This document shows, in pieces, positions 46,060 through 58,970 of a stretch of 64,000 bases of DNA (its first letter is position 1; every line of letters starts with the position of its first letter). The DNA comes from Escherichia coli (GTDB lineage Bacteria; Pseudomonadota; Gammaproteobacteria; Enterobacterales; Enterobacteriaceae). The position numbers and the translations under genes were made by a program. The stretch lies in the NCBI RefSeq assembly GCF_009931435.1, contig NZ_CP043414.1; one strand, 5' to 3'. Under the pieces are notes generated by a model. It saw only the letters and a list, made by a program, of their open reading frames with translations, was not told the DNA's origin and did no database searches.

Positions 46060-47110
46060 GCGCGATGCAATCAATCATATCCGGCAGTTTGGCGGGCGTC
46101 TGGATCGCTTCCGTAAATCGGTCGGCGGCTCTGGCGACGGCGGTCGTAACGCGCCAAAACGGGCGAAATCCTCGCCAAAACCGGTAAATCGCAAAACCAA
46201 CGTTTTCAACGAACAGGTGCGCTATGCCTTCCACGGCGCATTGCAGGATCTGAAAAGTAAACCGTTCGCCACGTTTTTAACGGTGATGGTTATCGCCATC
46301 TCCCTGACGCTGCCCAGCGTCTGTTATATGGTGTACAAAAACGTTAACCAGGCGGCGACGCAGTATTATCCGTCACCGCAAATCACTGTTTATCTGCAAA
46401 AAACGCTGGATGATGACGCCGCTGCGGGTGTGGTGGCACAGTTGCAGGCCGAGCAAGGCGTAGAGAAAGTAAACTATCTTTCTCGTGAAGACGCACTGGG
46501 CGAGTTCCGTAACTGGTCTGGTTTTGGTGGTGCGCTGGATATGCTGGAGGAAAACCCGCTTCCGGCAGTGGCGGTGGTAATCCCGAAACTCGATTTTCAG
46601 GGGACCGAGTCACTGAATACCTTGCGCGATCGTATCACCCAGATCAACGGCATTGACGAAGTGCGAATGGATGACAGCTGGTTTGCCCGTCTGGCGGCGT
46701 TGACCGGGCTGGTCGGGCGCGTTTCGGCAATGATCGGCGTATTGATGGTGGCGGCAGTGTTCCTCGTCATCGGTAACAGTGTGCGTCTGAGCATCTTTGC
46801 TCGCCGTGACTCCATTAACGTACAGAAACTGATTGGTGCGACAGATGGTTTCATCCTGCGCCCGTTCCTGTACGGTGGCGCATTGCTGGGATTTTCTGGC
46901 GCATTGTTGTCATTAATTTTGTCAGAGATTCTGGTACTGCGTTTGTCTTCGGCGGTTGCGGAAGTGGCACAGGTTTTCGGAACGAGGTTTGATATCAATG
47001 GCTTATCTTTCGATGAATGTCTGCTTTTGCTGCTGGTGTGTTCGATGATTGGCTGGGTGGCAGCCTGGCTTGCCACGGTACAACATTTACGCCACTTTAC
47101 GCCTGAATAA
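46052..47110 (+). CDS. ftsX: Cell-division ABC permease-like protein FtsX
   Basis: ORF track 46025..47110; ATG at 46052 gives [23 protein letters not shown]..., 352 aa; overlaps the ftsE 3' end. Confidence 0.93.
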   Translation: MNKRDAINHIRQFGGRLDRFRKSVGGSGDGGRNAPKRAKSSPKPVNRKTNVFNEQVRYAFHGALQDLKSKPFATFLTVMVIAISLTLPSVCYMVYKNVNQAATQYYPSPQITVYLQKTLDDDAAAGVVAQLQAEQGVEKVNYLSREDALGEFRNWSGFGGALDMLEENPLPAVAVVIPKLDFQGTESLNTLRDRITQINGIDEVRMDDSWFARLAALTGLVGRVSAMIGVLMVAAVFLVIGNSVRLSIFARRDSINVQKLIGATDGFILRPFLYGGALLGFSGALLSLILSEILVLRLSSAVAEVAQVFGTRFDINGLSFDECLLLLLVCSMIGWVAAWLATVQHLRHFTPE

Positions 47111-47234
47111 TAAAAGCGTGTTATACTCTTTCCCTGCAATGGGTTCCGTAGCAGGGAAAGAGACCCCGTTGTCTCTTCCCGGTATTTCATCTCTATGTCA
47201 CATTTTGTGCGTAATTTATTCACAGCGTTGCATT

Positions 47235-47261
47235 GAACTTGTGGATAAAATCACGGTCTGA
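47235..47261 (+). promoter_or_regulatory. rpoH P3 promoter (sigma-E dependent)
   Basis: GAACTT-N16-TCTGA (ttgaacttgtggataaaatcacggtctgataaaa) matches the sigma-E consensus and the known rpoH P3. Confidence 0.8.
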
Positions 47262-47354
47262 TAAAACAGTGAATGATAACCTCGTTGCTCTTAAGCTCTG
47301 GCACAGTTGTTGCTACCACTGAAGCGCCAGAAGATATCGATTGAGAGGATTTGG

Positions 47355-48209
47355 ATGACTGACAAAATGCAAAGTTTAGCTTTAGCCCCAGTTGGCAACC
47401 TGGATTCCTACATCCGGGCAGCTAACGCGTGGCCGATGTTGTCGGCTGACGAGGAGCGGGCGCTGGCTGAAAAGCTGCATTACCATGGCGATCTGGAAGC
47501 AGCAAAAACGCTGATCCTGTCTCACCTGCGGTTTGTTGTTCATATTGCTCGTAATTATGCGGGCTATGGCCTGCCACAGGCGGATTTGATTCAGGAAGGT
47601 AACATCGGCCTGATGAAAGCAGTGCGCCGTTTTAACCCGGAAGTGGGTGTGCGCCTGGTCTCCTTCGCCGTTCACTGGATCAAAGCAGAGATCCACGAAT
47701 ACGTTCTGCGCAACTGGCGTATCGTCAAAGTTGCGACCACCAAAGCGCAGCGCAAACTGTTCTTCAACCTGCGTAAAACCAAGCAGCGTCTGGGCTGGTT
47801 TAATCAGGATGAAGTCGAAATGGTGGCCCGTGAACTGGGCGTAACCAGCAAAGACGTACGTGAGATGGAATCGCGTATGGCGGCACAGGACATGACCTTT
47901 GACCTGTCTTCCGATGACGATTCCGACAGCCAGCCGATGGCTCCGGTGCTTTATCTGCAGGATAAATCGTCCAACTTTGCCGACGGCATTGAAGATGATA
48001 ACTGGGAAGAGCAGGCGGCAAACCGTCTGACCGACGCGATGCAGGGCCTGGATGAGCGTAGCCAGGACATTATCCGCGCACGCTGGTTGGACGAAGACAA
48101 CAAGTCCACGTTGCAGGAACTGGCTGACCGTTACGGTGTTTCCGCTGAGCGTGTGCGCCAGCTGGAAAAGAACGCGATGAAAAAACTTCGCGCTGCTATT
48201 GAAGCGTAA
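47355..48209 (+). CDS. rpoH: RNA polymerase sigma-32 (heat-shock sigma factor)
   Basis: ORF track 47307..48209; ATG at 47355 gives [41 protein letters not shown]..., 284 aa. Confidence 0.97.
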   Translation: MTDKMQSLALAPVGNLDSYIRAANAWPMLSADEERALAEKLHYHGDLEAAKTLILSHLRFVVHIARNYAGYGLPQADLIQEGNIGLMKAVRRFNPEVGVRLVSFAVHWIKAEIHEYVLRNWRIVKVATTKAQRKLFFNLRKTKQRLGWFNQDEVEMVARELGVTSKDVREMESRMAAQDMTFDLSSDDDSDSQPMAPVLYLQDKSSNFADGIEDDNWEEQAANRLTDAMQGLDERSQDIIRARWLDEDNKSTLQELADRYGVSAERVRQLEKNAMKKLRAAIEA

Positions 48210-48230
48210 TTTCCACTATTAATCAGAGAA

Positions 48231-48260
48231 CCCTGGATGAGAGTCCGGGGTTTTTGTTTT
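48231..48260 (+). terminator. rpoH Rho-independent terminator
   Basis: Stem ccctgga/tccgggg (one G-U pair) followed by tttttgttttttgg, 22 nt after the rpoH stop. Confidence 0.7.
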
Positions 48261-48480
48261 TTGGACCTCTGCAATAATCAATTACCCCCTCCGACAAAAC
48301 GCCAATCCCCACGCAGATTGTTAATAAACTGTCAAAATAGCTATTCCAATATCATAAAAATCGGGTATGTTTTAGCAGAGTATGCTGCTAAAGCACGGGT
48401 AGTCATGCATAAAACGAAATAAAGTGCTGAACAACAACATCACAACACACGTAATAACCAGATGAATGGGGATTCTCAGG

Positions 48481-49584
48481 ATGAATATAAAGGGTAAAGC
48501 GTTACTGGCAGGATGTATCGCGCTGGCATTCAGCAATATGGCTCTGGCAGAAGATATTAAAGTCGCGGTTGTGGGCGCAATGTCCGGTCCGGTGGCCCAG
48601 TACGGCGACCAGGAGTTTACTGGCGCAGAGCAGGCAGTTGCGGATATTAACGCTAAAGGCGGTATCAAAGGCAACAAACTGCAAATCGTAAAATATGACG
48701 ATGCCTGTGACCCGAAACAGGCGGTCGCGGTGGCGAACAAAGTCGTTAACGACGGCATTAAATATGTCATTGGCCACCTCTGTTCTTCATCAACGCAGCC
48801 AGCGTCTGACATCTACGAAGACGAAGGCATTTTAATGATCACCCCAGCAGCAACCGCACCAGAGCTGACCGCCCGTGGCTATCAGCTGATCCTGCGCACC
48901 ACCGGCCTGGATTCCGACCAGGGGCCGACGGCGGCGAAATATATTCTTGAGAAAGTGAAACCGCAGCGTATTGCTATCGTTCACGACAAACAGCAGTACG
49001 GCGAAGGTCTGGCGCGTGCGGTGCAGGACGGCCTGAAGAAAGGCAATGCTAACGTGGTGTTCTTTGACGGCATCACCGCCGGGGAAAAAGATTTCTCAAC
49101 GCTGGTGGCGCGTTTGAAGAAAGAGAATATCGACTTCGTTTACTACGGTGGTTACCACCCGGAAATGGGGCAGATCCTGCGTCAGGCACGCGCGGCAGGG
49201 CTGAAAACTCAGTTTATGGGGCCGGAAGGCGTGGCTAACGTCTCGCTGTCTAACATTGCGGGCGAGTCAGCTGAAGGGTTGCTGGTAACCAAGCCGAAGA
49301 ACTACGATCAGGTTCCGGCGAACAAACCAATTGTTGACGCGATCAAAGCGAAAAAACAGGACCCAAGCGGCGCGTTCGTCTGGACCACCTACGCCGCGCT
49401 GCAATCTTTGCAGGCGGGCCTGAATCAGTCTGACGATCCGGCTGAAATCGCCAAATACCTGAAAGCGAACTCCGTGGATACCGTGATGGGGCCGCTGACC
49501 TGGGATGAGAAAGGTGATCTGAAAGGCTTTGAGTTCGGCGTATTTGACTGGCACGCCAACGGCACGGCGACCGATGCGAAGTAA
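48481..49584 (+). CDS. livJ: Periplasmic Leu/Ile/Val-binding protein LivJ
   Basis: ORF track 48466..49584; ATG at 48481 gives [43 protein letters not shown]..., 367 aa. Confidence 0.95.
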   Translation: MNIKGKALLAGCIALAFSNMALAEDIKVAVVGAMSGPVAQYGDQEFTGAEQAVADINAKGGIKGNKLQIVKYDDACDPKQAVAVANKVVNDGIKYVIGHLCSSSTQPASDIYEDEGILMITPAATAPELTARGYQLILRTTGLDSDQGPTAAKYILEKVKPQRIAIVHDKQQYGEGLARAVQDGLKKGNANVVFFDGITAGEKDFSTLVARLKKENIDFVYYGGYHPEMGQILRQARAAGLKTQFMGPEGVANVSLSNIAGESAEGLLVTKPKNYDQVPANKPIVDAIKAKKQDPSGAFVWTTYAALQSLQAGLNQSDDPAEIAKYLKANSVDTVMGPLTWDEKGDLKGFEFGVFDWHANGTATDAK

Positions 49585-49644
49585 TCATTAATCGGCAACT
49601 TTGGGTTGCCGCCAAATTGCTAATATCGAGTACGCATGCTTCAT

Positions 49645-49744
<100 letters not shown>

Positions 49745-49784
49745 ATTTCTCGTTGGTCATCACTTTTGAAATCAAACTTGACGA

Positions 49785-50168
49785 TTAACGCTTCTCCCAG
49801 CCGCCCTGTTGTGCCGTAAACCCCAGCGCCTGCATAAACGCCGTCATCACGCCGCGATCTTCCACGCCTGCATCCGCCATCCACCAGCCTGAAACGCCAG
49901 GATTGTTACGCAAAACCTCTTCCAGCAGATATTGCCCCACACCGCGACGTCGGGTGACTTCCCGCACGTGCAGGGAATCCAGTGCCCCCTCGGTGCCGTT
50001 TAAGGTTACCCGCACGGCCGCGAGCAGGCGCTCGTTAAAACGCGCGGCGTAGATGCGGTGGTTATCGTCAACCTGTAAAGAGGAAGGGGAGTACTCCGGC
50101 CAGATCTTTTGCAGGTCAATCCGGTCCTGGTCGCTAAAGTGTTCTAAACGAATGATGGTCAGCTTCAT
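49785..50168 (-). CDS. panM: PanD maturation factor PanM/PanZ (GNAT fold)
   Basis: 127-aa ORF MKLTIIRLEHFSDQDRIDLQKIWPEYSPSSLQVDDNHRIYAARFNERLLAAVRV... Confidence 0.9.
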   Translation of the reverse strand: MKLTIIRLEHFSDQDRIDLQKIWPEYSPSSLQVDDNHRIYAARFNERLLAAVRVTLNGTEGALDSLHVREVTRRRGVGQYLLEEVLRNNPGVSGWWMADAGVEDRGVMTAFMQALGFTAQQGGWEKR

Positions 50169-50591
50169 GGGAAACCCGTGTAAATCACAAAAGTGGAACC
50201 AGTGTAGCGAAATAATTTAATCGGAGGCTTTCTCTTTTTTATTTCTTTTGGCAGGTGATTAATTTTTTAACAGCAATAATTACAAATTAAAAACATTAGA
50301 GAATGAAAAATGTCCAGCATAATCCCCTGAATGGTAGTGAATTATTCCGCCCTTTGTACCGTTATTTTATGCTGACAACGGCGCTTTTTTCTGTTTATCT
50401 ATCAATAAATTCAGAATATTATCTGTTCTTAATCGACTGAAAAATAGGGATTTTAATCGCTATTATCACAAAATACTGCGCTAAACCCTTAATCAGACAG
50501 GCAAAAACAGTGCAGTATAAAAAAAGTACAGTCTGATTTGTTAACACATAAAAACAAAGCAACACAACATCACGAATGGGGATTTTTGACT

Positions 50592-51701
50592 ATGAAACGG
50601 AATGCGAAAACTATCATCGCAGGGATGATTGCACTGACAATTTCACACACCGCTATGGCCGACGATATTAAAGTCGCCGTTGTCGGCGCGATGTCCGGTC
50701 CGATTGCCCAGTGGGGCGATATGGAATTTAACGGCGCGCGTCAGGCGATTAAAGACATTAATGCCAAAGGGGGAATTAAAGGCGATAAGCTGGTGGGCGT
50801 GGAATATGACGACGCCTGCGACCCGAAACAAGCCGTTGCGGTCGCCAACAAAATCGTTAACGACGGCATTAAATACGTTATTGGTCATCTGTGTTCTTCT
50901 TCTACCCAACCTGCATCAGATATCTACGAAGATGAAGGTATTTTGATGATCTCGCCGGGGGCGACCAACCCGGAGCTGACTCAACGCGGTTATCAACACA
51001 TCATGCGGACTGCCGGGCTGGACTCTTCCCAGGGGCCAACAGCGGCAAAATACATTCTTGATACGGTGAAGCCCCAGCGCATCGCCATCATTCACGACAA
51101 ACAACAGTATGGCGAAGGGCTGGCGCGTTCGGTGCAGGACGGATTGAAAGCAGCCAATGCCAACGTCGTCTTCTTCGACGGTATTACCGCTGGTGAGAAA
51201 GATTTCTCCGCGCTGATCGCCCGCCTGAAAAAAGAAAACATCGACTTCGTTTACTACGGCGGTTACTACCCGGAAATGGGGCAGATGCTGCGCCAGGCCC
51301 GTTCCGTTGGCCTGAAAACTCAGTTTATGGGGCCGGAAGGGGTGGGTAATGCGTCGCTGTCGAACATTGCTGGTGATGCCGCCGAAGGTATGTTGGTCAC
51401 TATGCCAAAACGCTATGACCAGGACCCGGCAAACAAAGGCATCGTTGATGCGCTGAAAGCAGACAAGAAAGATCCGTCCGGGCCATATGTCTGGATCACC
51501 TACGCGGCGGTGCAATCTCTGGCGACTGCCCTTGAGCGTACCGGCAGCGATGAGCCGCTGGCGCTGGTGAAAGATTTAAAAGCTAACGGTGCAAACACCG
51601 TGATTGGGCCGCTGAACTGGGATGAAAAAGGCGATCTTAAGGGATTTGATTTTGGTGTCTTCCAGTGGCACGCCGACGGTTCATCGACGGCAGCCAAGTG
51701 A
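50592..51701 (+). CDS. livK: Periplasmic leucine-specific binding protein LivK
   Basis: ORF track 50538..51701; ATG at 50592 gives [43 protein letters not shown]..., 369 aa; paralog of livJ. Confidence 0.95.
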   Translation: MKRNAKTIIAGMIALTISHTAMADDIKVAVVGAMSGPIAQWGDMEFNGARQAIKDINAKGGIKGDKLVGVEYDDACDPKQAVAVANKIVNDGIKYVIGHLCSSSTQPASDIYEDEGILMISPGATNPELTQRGYQHIMRTAGLDSSQGPTAAKYILDTVKPQRIAIIHDKQQYGEGLARSVQDGLKAANANVVFFDGITAGEKDFSALIARLKKENIDFVYYGGYYPEMGQMLRQARSVGLKTQFMGPEGVGNASLSNIAGDAAEGMLVTMPKRYDQDPANKGIVDALKADKKDPSGPYVWITYAAVQSLATALERTGSDEPLALVKDLKANGANTVIGPLNWDEKGDLKGFDFGVFQWHADGSSTAAK

Positions 51702-51748
51702 TCATCCCACCGCCCGTGAAATGCGGGCGGTTTTAGAAAGGTTACCTT

Positions 51749-52675
51749 ATGTCTGAGCAGTTTTTGTATTTCTTGCAGCAGATGTTTAACGGCGTCACGC
51801 TGGGCAGTACCTACGCGCTGATAGCCATCGGCTACACCATGGTTTACGGCATTATCGGCATGATCAACTTCGCCCACGGCGAGGTTTATATGATCGGCAG
51901 CTACGTCTCTTTTATGATCATCGCCGCACTGATGATGCTGGGCATTGATACCGGCTGGCTGCTGGTGGCGGCGGGATTCGTCGGCGCAATCGTCATTGCC
52001 AGCGCCTATGGCTGGAGTATCGAACGTGTGGCTTACCGCCCGGTGCGTAACTCTAAGCGCCTGATTGCGCTCATCTCGGCAATCGGCATGTCCATCTTCC
52101 TGCAAAACTACGTCAGCCTGACCGAAGGTTCGCGCGACGTGGCGCTACCCAGCCTGTTTAACGGTCAGTGGGTTGTGGGCCATAGTGAAAACTTCTCTGC
52201 CTCTATTACCACCATGCAGGCGGTGATCTGGATTGTTACCTTCCTTGCCATGCTGGCGCTGACAATTTTCATCCGCTATTCCCGCATGGGGCGCGCCTGT
52301 CGTGCCTGCGCGGAAGACCTGAAAATGGCGAGCCTGCTTGGCATCAACACTGACCGGGTGATTGCGCTGACCTTTGTGATTGGCGCGGCGATGGCGGCGG
52401 TGGCAGGTGTGCTGCTCGGTCAGTTCTATGGCGTAATTAACCCCTACATCGGCTTTATGGCCGGGATGAAAGCCTTTACTGCTGCGGTACTCGGTGGGAT
52501 TGGCAGTATTCCGGGAGCGATGATTGGCGGCCTGATCCTGGGGATTGCGGAAGCGCTCTCTTCTGCCTATCTGAGTACGGAATATAAGGATGTGGTTTCA
52601 TTTGCCCTGCTGATTCTGGTACTGCTGGTGATGCCGACCGGTATTCTGGGTCGCCCGGAGGTAGAGAAAGTATGA
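51749..52675 (+). CDS. livH: Branched-chain amino-acid ABC permease LivH
   Basis: 308-aa polytopic [48 protein letters not shown]... Confidence 0.95.
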   Translation: MSEQFLYFLQQMFNGVTLGSTYALIAIGYTMVYGIIGMINFAHGEVYMIGSYVSFMIIAALMMLGIDTGWLLVAAGFVGAIVIASAYGWSIERVAYRPVRNSKRLIALISAIGMSIFLQNYVSLTEGSRDVALPSLFNGQWVVGHSENFSASITTMQAVIWIVTFLAMLALTIFIRYSRMGRACRACAEDLKMASLLGINTDRVIALTFVIGAAMAAVAGVLLGQFYGVINPYIGFMAGMKAFTAAVLGGIGSIPGAMIGGLILGIAEALSSAYLSTEYKDVVSFALLILVLLVMPTGILGRPEVEKV

Positions 52676-53949
52676 AACCGATGCATATTGCAATGGCGCT
52701 GCTCTCTGCCGCCATGTTCTTTGTTCTCGCGGGCGTCTTTATGGGTGTGCAACTGGAGCTGGACGGCACCAAACTGGTGGTCGACACGGCTTCAGACATC
52801 CGATGGCAGTGGGTGTTTATTGGCACTGCGGTGGTCTTTTTCTTCCAGCTTGTGCGACCTGCGTTTCAGAAAGGATTGAAAAGCGTTTCCGGGCCGAAGT
52901 TTATTCTGCCCGCGATTGATGGCTCCACGGTGAAGCAAAAGCTGTTCCTCGTCGCACTGTTGGTGCTTGCGGTGGCGTGGCCGTTTATGGTGTCGCGCGG
53001 GACGGTGGATATCGCCACCCTGACCATGATCTACATTATCCTCGGCCTCGGGCTGAACGTGGTGGTGGGGCTGTCTGGCTTACTGGTACTGGGTTACGGT
53101 GGTTTTTACGCCATCGGCGCTTACACCTTTGCCTTGCTCAATCACTATTACGGTCTTGGCTTCTGGACCTGTTTGCCGATTGCCGGGTTGATGGCGGCGG
53201 CGGCGGGCTTCCTGCTCGGCTTCCCGGTGTTGCGTTTACGTGGCGACTATCTGGCGATCGTTACTCTCGGTTTCGGCGAAATTGTGCGCATATTGCTGCT
53301 CAATAACACGGAAATCACCGGCGGTCCGAACGGAATCAGTCAGATCCCGAAACCGACACTCTTCGGACTCGAGTTCAGTCGCACCGCCCGCGAAGGCGGC
53401 TGGGATACGTTCAGCAATTTCTTTGGCCTGAAATACGACCCGTCCGATCGCGTCATCTTCCTCTACCTGGTGGCGTTACTGTTGGTGGTGTTAAGCCTGT
53501 TTGTCATTAACCGCTTACTGCGAATGCCGCTGGGCCGCGCGTGGGAAGCGTTGCGTGAAGATGAAATCGCTTGTCGTTCGCTGGGCTTAAGCCCGCGTCG
53601 TATCAAGCTGACTGCCTTTACCATCAGCGCTGCGTTTGCCGGTTTTGCCGGAACGCTGTTCGCGGCGCGTCAGGGATTTGTCAGCCCGGAATCTTTCACC
53701 TTTGCCGAATCGGCGTTTGTGCTGGCGATAGTGGTGCTCGGTGGTATGGGTTCGCAATTTGCGGTGATTCTGGCGGCAATTTTGCTGGTGGTGTCGCGAG
53801 AGTTGATGCGTGATTTCAACGAATACAGCATGTTAATGCTCGGTGGTTTGATGGTGCTGATGATGATCTGGCGTCCGCAGGGCTTGCTGCCCATGACGCG
53901 CCCGCAACTCAAGCTGAAAAACGGCGCAGCGAAAGGAGAGCAGGCATGA
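52672..53949 (+). CDS. livM: Branched-chain amino-acid ABC permease LivM
   Basis: 425-aa polytopic ORF; start overlaps the livH stop. Confidence 0.95.
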   Translation: MKPMHIAMALLSAAMFFVLAGVFMGVQLELDGTKLVVDTASDIRWQWVFIGTAVVFFFQLVRPAFQKGLKSVSGPKFILPAIDGSTVKQKLFLVALLVLAVAWPFMVSRGTVDIATLTMIYIILGLGLNVVVGLSGLLVLGYGGFYAIGAYTFALLNHYYGLGFWTCLPIAGLMAAAAGFLLGFPVLRLRGDYLAIVTLGFGEIVRILLLNNTEITGGPNGISQIPKPTLFGLEFSRTAREGGWDTFSNFFGLKYDPSDRVIFLYLVALLLVVLSLFVINRLLRMPLGRAWEALREDEIACRSLGLSPRRIKLTAFTISAAFAGFAGTLFAARQGFVSPESFTFAESAFVLAIVVLGGMGSQFAVILAAILLVVSRELMRDFNEYSMLMLGGLMVLMMIWRPQGLLPMTRPQLKLKNGAAKGEQA

Positions 53950-54713
53950 GTCAGCCATTATTATCTGTTAACGGCCTGATGATGCGCTTCGGCGGCCTGC
54001 TGGCGGTGAATAACGTCAATCTTGAACTGTACCCGCAGGAGATCGTCTCGTTAATCGGCCCTAACGGTGCCGGAAAAACCACGGTTTTTAACTGCCTGAC
54101 CGGTTTCTACAAACCCACCGGTGGCACTATTTTACTGCGCGATCAGCATCTGGAAGGTTTGCCCGGCCAGCAAATCGCCCGCATGGGCGTGGTGCGCACC
54201 TTCCAGCATGTGCGTCTGTTTCGTGAAATGACGGTGATTGAAAACTTGCTGGTGGCGCAGCATCAGCAACTGAAAACCGGGCTGTTCTCCGGCCTGTTGA
54301 AAACGCCTTCTTTCCGCCGCGCCCAGAGCGAAGCCCTCGACCGTGCCGCAACCTGGCTTGAGCGCATTGGTTTGCTCGAACACGCTAACCGTCAGGCGAG
54401 TAACCTGGCCTACGGTGACCAGCGCCGTCTGGAGATCGCCCGCTGCATGGTAACGCAGCCGGAGATTTTAATGCTCGACGAACCGGCAGCAGGTCTTAAC
54501 CCGAAAGAGACGAAAGAGCTGGATGAGCTGATTGCCGAACTGCGTAACCATCACAACACCACTATCTTGTTGATTGAACACGATATGAAGCTGGTGATGG
54601 GGATTTCAGACAGAATTTACGTGGTCAATCAGGGGACGCCGCTGGCAAACGGTACGCCGGAGCAGATCCGTAATAACCCGGACGTGATCCGTGCCTATTT
54701 AGGTGAGGCATAA
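53946..54713 (+). CDS. livG: Branched-chain amino-acid ABC ATPase LivG
   Basis: 255-aa ORF with Walker [10 protein letters not shown]. Confidence 0.95.
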   Translation: MSQPLLSVNGLMMRFGGLLAVNNVNLELYPQEIVSLIGPNGAGKTTVFNCLTGFYKPTGGTILLRDQHLEGLPGQQIARMGVVRTFQHVRLFREMTVIENLLVAQHQQLKTGLFSGLLKTPSFRRAQSEALDRAATWLERIGLLEHANRQASNLAYGDQRRLEIARCMVTQPEILMLDEPAAGLNPKETKELDELIAELRNHHNTTILLIEHDMKLVMGISDRIYVVNQGTPLANGTPEQIRNNPDVIRAYLGEA

Positions 54714-54714
54714 G

Positions 54715-55428
54715 ATGGAAAAAGTCATATTGTCCTTTGACAAAGTCAGCGCCCACTACGGCAAAATCCAGGCGCTGCATGAGGTGAGCCTGCATATCAA
54801 TCAGGGCGAAATTGTCACGCTGATTGGCGCGAACGGGGCGGGGAAAACCACCTTGCTCGGCACGTTATGCGGCGACCCACGCGCCACCAGCGGGCGAATT
54901 GTGTTTGATGATAAAGACATTACCGACTGGCAGACGGCGAAAATCATGCGCGAAGCGGTGGCGATTGTCCCGGAAGGACGTCGCGTCTTCTCACGCATGA
55001 CGGTGGAAGAGAATCTGGCGATGGGCGGCTTTTTTGCTGAACGCGACCAGTTCCAGGAGCGCATAAAGTGGGTGTATGAACTGTTTCCACGTCTGCATGA
55101 GCGCCGTGTTCAGCGGGCGGGCACCATGTCCGGCGGTGAGCAGCAGATGCTGGCGATTGGTCGCGCGCTGATGAGTAACCCACGTTTGCTATTGCTTGAT
55201 GAACCCTCGCTCGGACTGGCACCGATTATCATCCAGCAAATTTTCGACACCATCGAGCAACTGCGCGAGCAGGGGATGACCATCTTCCTCGTCGAGCAGA
55301 ACGCCAACCAGGCGCTAAAGCTGGCGGATCGCGGCTATGTGCTGGAAAACGGTCATGTCGTGCTTTCCGATACCGGCGACGCGCTACTGGCGAATGAAGC
55401 GGTGAGAAGTGCGTATTTAGGCGGGTAA
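54715..55428 (+). CDS. livF: Branched-chain amino-acid ABC ATPase LivF
   Basis: ORF track 54703..55428; ATG at 54715 gives MEKVILSFDKVSAHYGKIQALHEVSLHINQGEIVTLIGANGAGKTT..., 237 aa. Confidence 0.95.
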   Translation: MEKVILSFDKVSAHYGKIQALHEVSLHINQGEIVTLIGANGAGKTTLLGTLCGDPRATSGRIVFDDKDITDWQTAKIMREAVAIVPEGRRVFSRMTVEENLAMGGFFAERDQFQERIKWVYELFPRLHERRVQRAGTMSGGEQQMLAIGRALMSNPRLLLLDEPSLGLAPIIIQQIFDTIEQLREQGMTIFLVEQNANQALKLADRGYVLENGHVVLSDTGDALLANEAVRSAYLGG

Positions 55429-55445
55429 TAACACGTTGATTGATA

Positions 55446-55470
55446 AGGAGTCAAAAGACTCCTTTGAGAC
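55446..55470 (+). terminator. Likely liv operon terminator
   Basis: Hairpin ggagtc aaaa gactcc followed by tttgag, 18 nt after the livF stop; U tract is weak. Confidence 0.5.
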
Positions 55471-55488
55471 AGGTTACAAATGTAAAAT

Positions 55489-55589
<101 letters not shown>

Positions 55590-55688
55590 TGAAACGATGA
55601 GCAATCTGTAGAGTTTGATTAAGACCTTCTATTTTTCCCGCTTATCCGTGCCCCATCTCCCATTTTCCCTCACCCGCGCCGTCACCGC

Positions 55689-55708
55689 CTTGTCATCTTT
55701 CTGACACC
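55689..55708 (+). promoter_or_regulatory. Putative PhoB box in the ugpB promoter
   Basis: cTTGTCATctttCTGACAcc resembles the Pho box CTGTCATA-N3-CTGTCAC direct repeat; ugp is a known Pho-regulon operon; exact register not verified. Confidence 0.45.
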
Positions 55709-55825
55709 TTACTATCTTAAAAATGTAACAAAAAAGTTATTTTTCTGTAATTCGAGCATGTCATGTTACCCCGCGAGCATAAAACGCGTGAATTCGCGCA
55801 TTCGGTACAACAAGAGAGATAAACG

Positions 55826-57142
55826 ATGAAACCGTTACATTATACAGCTTCAGCACTGGCGCTCGGACTGGCGTTAATGGGGAATGCACAGGCAGTGACG
55901 ACCATTCCGTTCTGGCATTCTATGGAAGGGGAATTGGGTAAAGAGGTGGATTCTCTGGCCCAACGTTTTAACGCCGAAAACCCGGATTACAAAATTGTAC
56001 CGACCTATAAAGGCAACTACGAACAGAATTTAAGTGCGGGAATTGCCGCATTTCGTACCGGCAACGCGCCGGCTATTTTGCAGGTTTATGAAGTTGGCAC
56101 CGCCACCATGATGGCGTCGAAAGCCATTAAACCGGTGTATGACGTGTTTAAAGAAGCGGGGATTCAATTCGATGAGTCGCAGTTTGTGCCGACGGTTTCA
56201 GGCTACTACTCCGACAGCAAAACCGGACATTTACTCTCCCAGCCGTTCAACAGCTCGACTCCTGTTCTCTATTACAACAAAGATGCTTTCAAGAAAGCGG
56301 GATTAGACCCGGAACAGCCGCCGAAAACCTGGCAGGATCTGGCAGACTATGCCGCGAAACTGAAAGCCTCCGGTATGAAGTGCGGCTACGCCAGCGGCTG
56401 GCAGGGCTGGATCCAACTGGAAAACTTTAGCGCCTGGAACGGTCTGCCGTTTGCCAGCAAAAACAACGGCTTTGACGGCACGGACGCGGTGCTTGAGTTC
56501 AACAAGCCGGAGCAGGTGAAACACATCGCCATGCTCGAAGAGATGAACAAGAAGGGCGACTTCAGCTACGTCGGTCGTAAGGATGAATCCACCGAGAAGT
56601 TCTATAACGGTGATTGCGCGATGACCACCGCCTCTTCTGGTTCTCTTGCCAATATTCGTGAGTACGCCAAATTCAACTACGGCGTAGGTATGATGCCTTA
56701 CGACGCCGATGCGAAAGATGCGCCACAAAACGCCATTATCGGCGGAGCCAGCCTGTGGGTGATGCAGGGCAAAGATAAAGAAACTTACACCGGCGTGGCG
56801 AAGTTCCTCGACTTCCTTGCTAAGCCAGAAAACGCTGCCGAGTGGCATCAGAAAACCGGTTATCTGCCAATCACCAAAGCGGCGTATGACCTGACCCGTG
56901 AGCAGGGCTTTTACGAGAAAAACCCAGGGGCGGATACCGCGACGCGTCAGATGCTGAACAAGCCGCCGTTGCCGTTCACCAAAGGGCTGCGTCTGGGCAA
57001 TATGCCGCAGATCCGCGTGATTGTGGATGAAGAGCTGGAAAGCGTGTGGACCGGTAAGAAGACGCCACAGCAGGCGCTGGATACCGCTGTTGAGCGTGGG
57101 AACCAGTTACTGCGCCGCTTTGAGAAATCTACGAAGTCTTAA
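55826..57142 (+). CDS. ugpB: Periplasmic sn-glycerol-3-phosphate-binding protein UgpB
   Basis: 438-aa ORF with signal peptide [23 protein letters not shown]. Confidence 0.95.
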   Translation: MKPLHYTASALALGLALMGNAQAVTTIPFWHSMEGELGKEVDSLAQRFNAENPDYKIVPTYKGNYEQNLSAGIAAFRTGNAPAILQVYEVGTATMMASKAIKPVYDVFKEAGIQFDESQFVPTVSGYYSDSKTGHLLSQPFNSSTPVLYYNKDAFKKAGLDPEQPPKTWQDLADYAAKLKASGMKCGYASGWQGWIQLENFSAWNGLPFASKNNGFDGTDAVLEFNKPEQVKHIAMLEEMNKKGDFSYVGRKDESTEKFYNGDCAMTTASSGSLANIREYAKFNYGVGMMPYDADAKDAPQNAIIGGASLWVMQGKDKETYTGVAKFLDFLAKPENAAEWHQKTGYLPITKAAYDLTREQGFYEKNPGADTATRQMLNKPPLPFTKGLRLGNMPQIRVIVDEELESVWTGKKTPQQALDTAVERGNQLLRRFEKSTKS

Positions 57143-57153
57143 CCAGTGAAATG

Positions 57154-57219
57154 TCGGATGCGTTTCGCTTATCTGACCTGGCATCGCGTGTAGGCCGGAT
57201 AAGCGAAGCGCATCCGGCA
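57154..57219. repeat. REP units between ugpB and ugpA
   Basis: tcggatgcgtttcgcttatctgacc ... gtaggccggataagcgaagcgcatccggca. Confidence 0.75.
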
Positions 57220-57239
57220 CAGTTCAGGAATTAACCGTA

Positions 57240-58127
57240 ATGTCATCATCCCGTCCGGTGTTCCGCTCGCGCTGGCTGCCTTATTTGCTGGTCGCGCCGC
57301 AGCTTATCATCACCGTTATCTTTTTTATCTGGCCTGCGGGCGAAGCGTTGTGGTACTCGCTACAAAGCGTCGATCCGTTTGGCTTTTCCAGCCAGTTTGT
57401 CGGCCTGGATAACTTCGTCACGCTGTTTCATGACAGCTACTATCTCGACTCCTTCTGGACGACGATAAAATTCAGCACCTTTGTCACGGTCAGCGGTTTG
57501 CTGGTGTCGCTGTTCTTCGCGGCGCTGGTGGAGTACATCGTGCGCGGCAGCCGTTTCTATCAAACCTTAATGCTGCTGCCGTATGCCGTGGCTCCCGCCG
57601 TTGCCGCCGTATTGTGGATCTTCCTGTTTAACCCTGGTCGCGGGCTGATCACTCATTTTCTCGCTGAGTTCGGCTACGACTGGAACCATGCGCAAAACAG
57701 CGGTCAGGCAATGTTCCTGGTGGTGTTTGCCTCAGTATGGAAGCAAATCAGCTACAACTTTCTGTTCTTCTATGCCGCGCTGCAATCCATTCCCCGTTCG
57801 TTGATTGAAGCCGCAGCCATCGACGGTGCAGGCCCGATTCGCCGCTTCTTTAAGATTGCGCTGCCGCTGATTGCGCCGGTGAGTTTCTTCCTGCTGGTGG
57901 TGAACCTGGTGTATGCCTTCTTCGACACCTTCCCGGTGATCGACGCCGCCACGTCCGGCGGACCGGTTCAGGCCACCACGACGCTGATTTATAAGATCTA
58001 CCGCGAAGGCTTTACCGGACTGGATCTGGCTTCGTCTGCCGCGCAGTCGGTGGTGTTGATGTTCCTCGTCATCGTGCTGACGGTGGTGCAGTTCCGCTAT
58101 GTTGAAAGCAAGGTGCGTTACCAATGA
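57240..58127 (+). CDS. ugpA: sn-glycerol-3-phosphate ABC permease UgpA
   Basis: 295-aa polytopic ORF with the EAA-loop region ..[20 protein letters not shown].. Confidence 0.95.
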
Positions 58128-58969
58128 TTGAGAACCGTCCGTGGCTGACGATATTCAGCCATACCATGCTGATCCTCGGGATCGCGGTGATCCTCTTCCC
58201 GCTGTACGTGGCGTTTGTCGCGGCGACGCTGGATAAACAGGCCGTCTACGCCGCGCCGATGACGCTAATCCCCGGCACACATCTGCTGGAAAACATCCAC
58301 AACATCTGGGTAAACGGGGTAGGCACGAATAGCGCGCCGTTCTGGCGGATGTTGCTTAACAGCTTTGTGATGGCGTTCAGCATTACGCTCGGCAAGATTA
58401 CCGTCTCGATGCTCTCGGCATTTGCCATTGTCTGGTTTCGTTTTCCGCTGCGTAACCTCTTCTTCTGGATGATTTTTATCACCCTGATGCTGCCAGTTGA
58501 AGTGCGTATTTTCCCGACGGTGGAAGTCATCGCCAATCTGAAGATGCTCGACAGCTACGCCGGTTTAACGCTGCCGCTGATGGCCTCGGCGACCGCCACG
58601 TTTCTGTTCCGCCAGTTCTTTATGACGCTGCCGGATGAGCTGGTGGAAGCGGCGCGGATCGACGGCGCGTCGCCAATGCGTTTCTTTTGCGACATCGTTT
58701 TTCCGCTGTCGAAAACCAATCTGGCGGCGCTGTTTGTGATCACTTTTATTTACGGCTGGAACCAGTATTTGTGGCCGTTGTTGATTATTACCGACGTTGA
58801 TCTCGGCACCACTGTGGCAGGGATCAAAGGGATGATCGCTACAGGCGAAGGCACCACGGAATGGAATTCGGTGATGGCGGCGATGTTGTTAACGCTTATC
58901 CCTCCGGTGGTGATTGTTTTAGTGATGCAGCGTGCCTTCGTGCGCGGCCTGGTCGATAGTGAGAAATAA
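58124..58969 (+). CDS. ugpE: sn-glycerol-3-phosphate ABC permease UgpE
   Basis: 281-aa polytopic ORF; start overlaps the ugpA stop. Confidence 0.95.
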
Positions 58970-58970
58970 G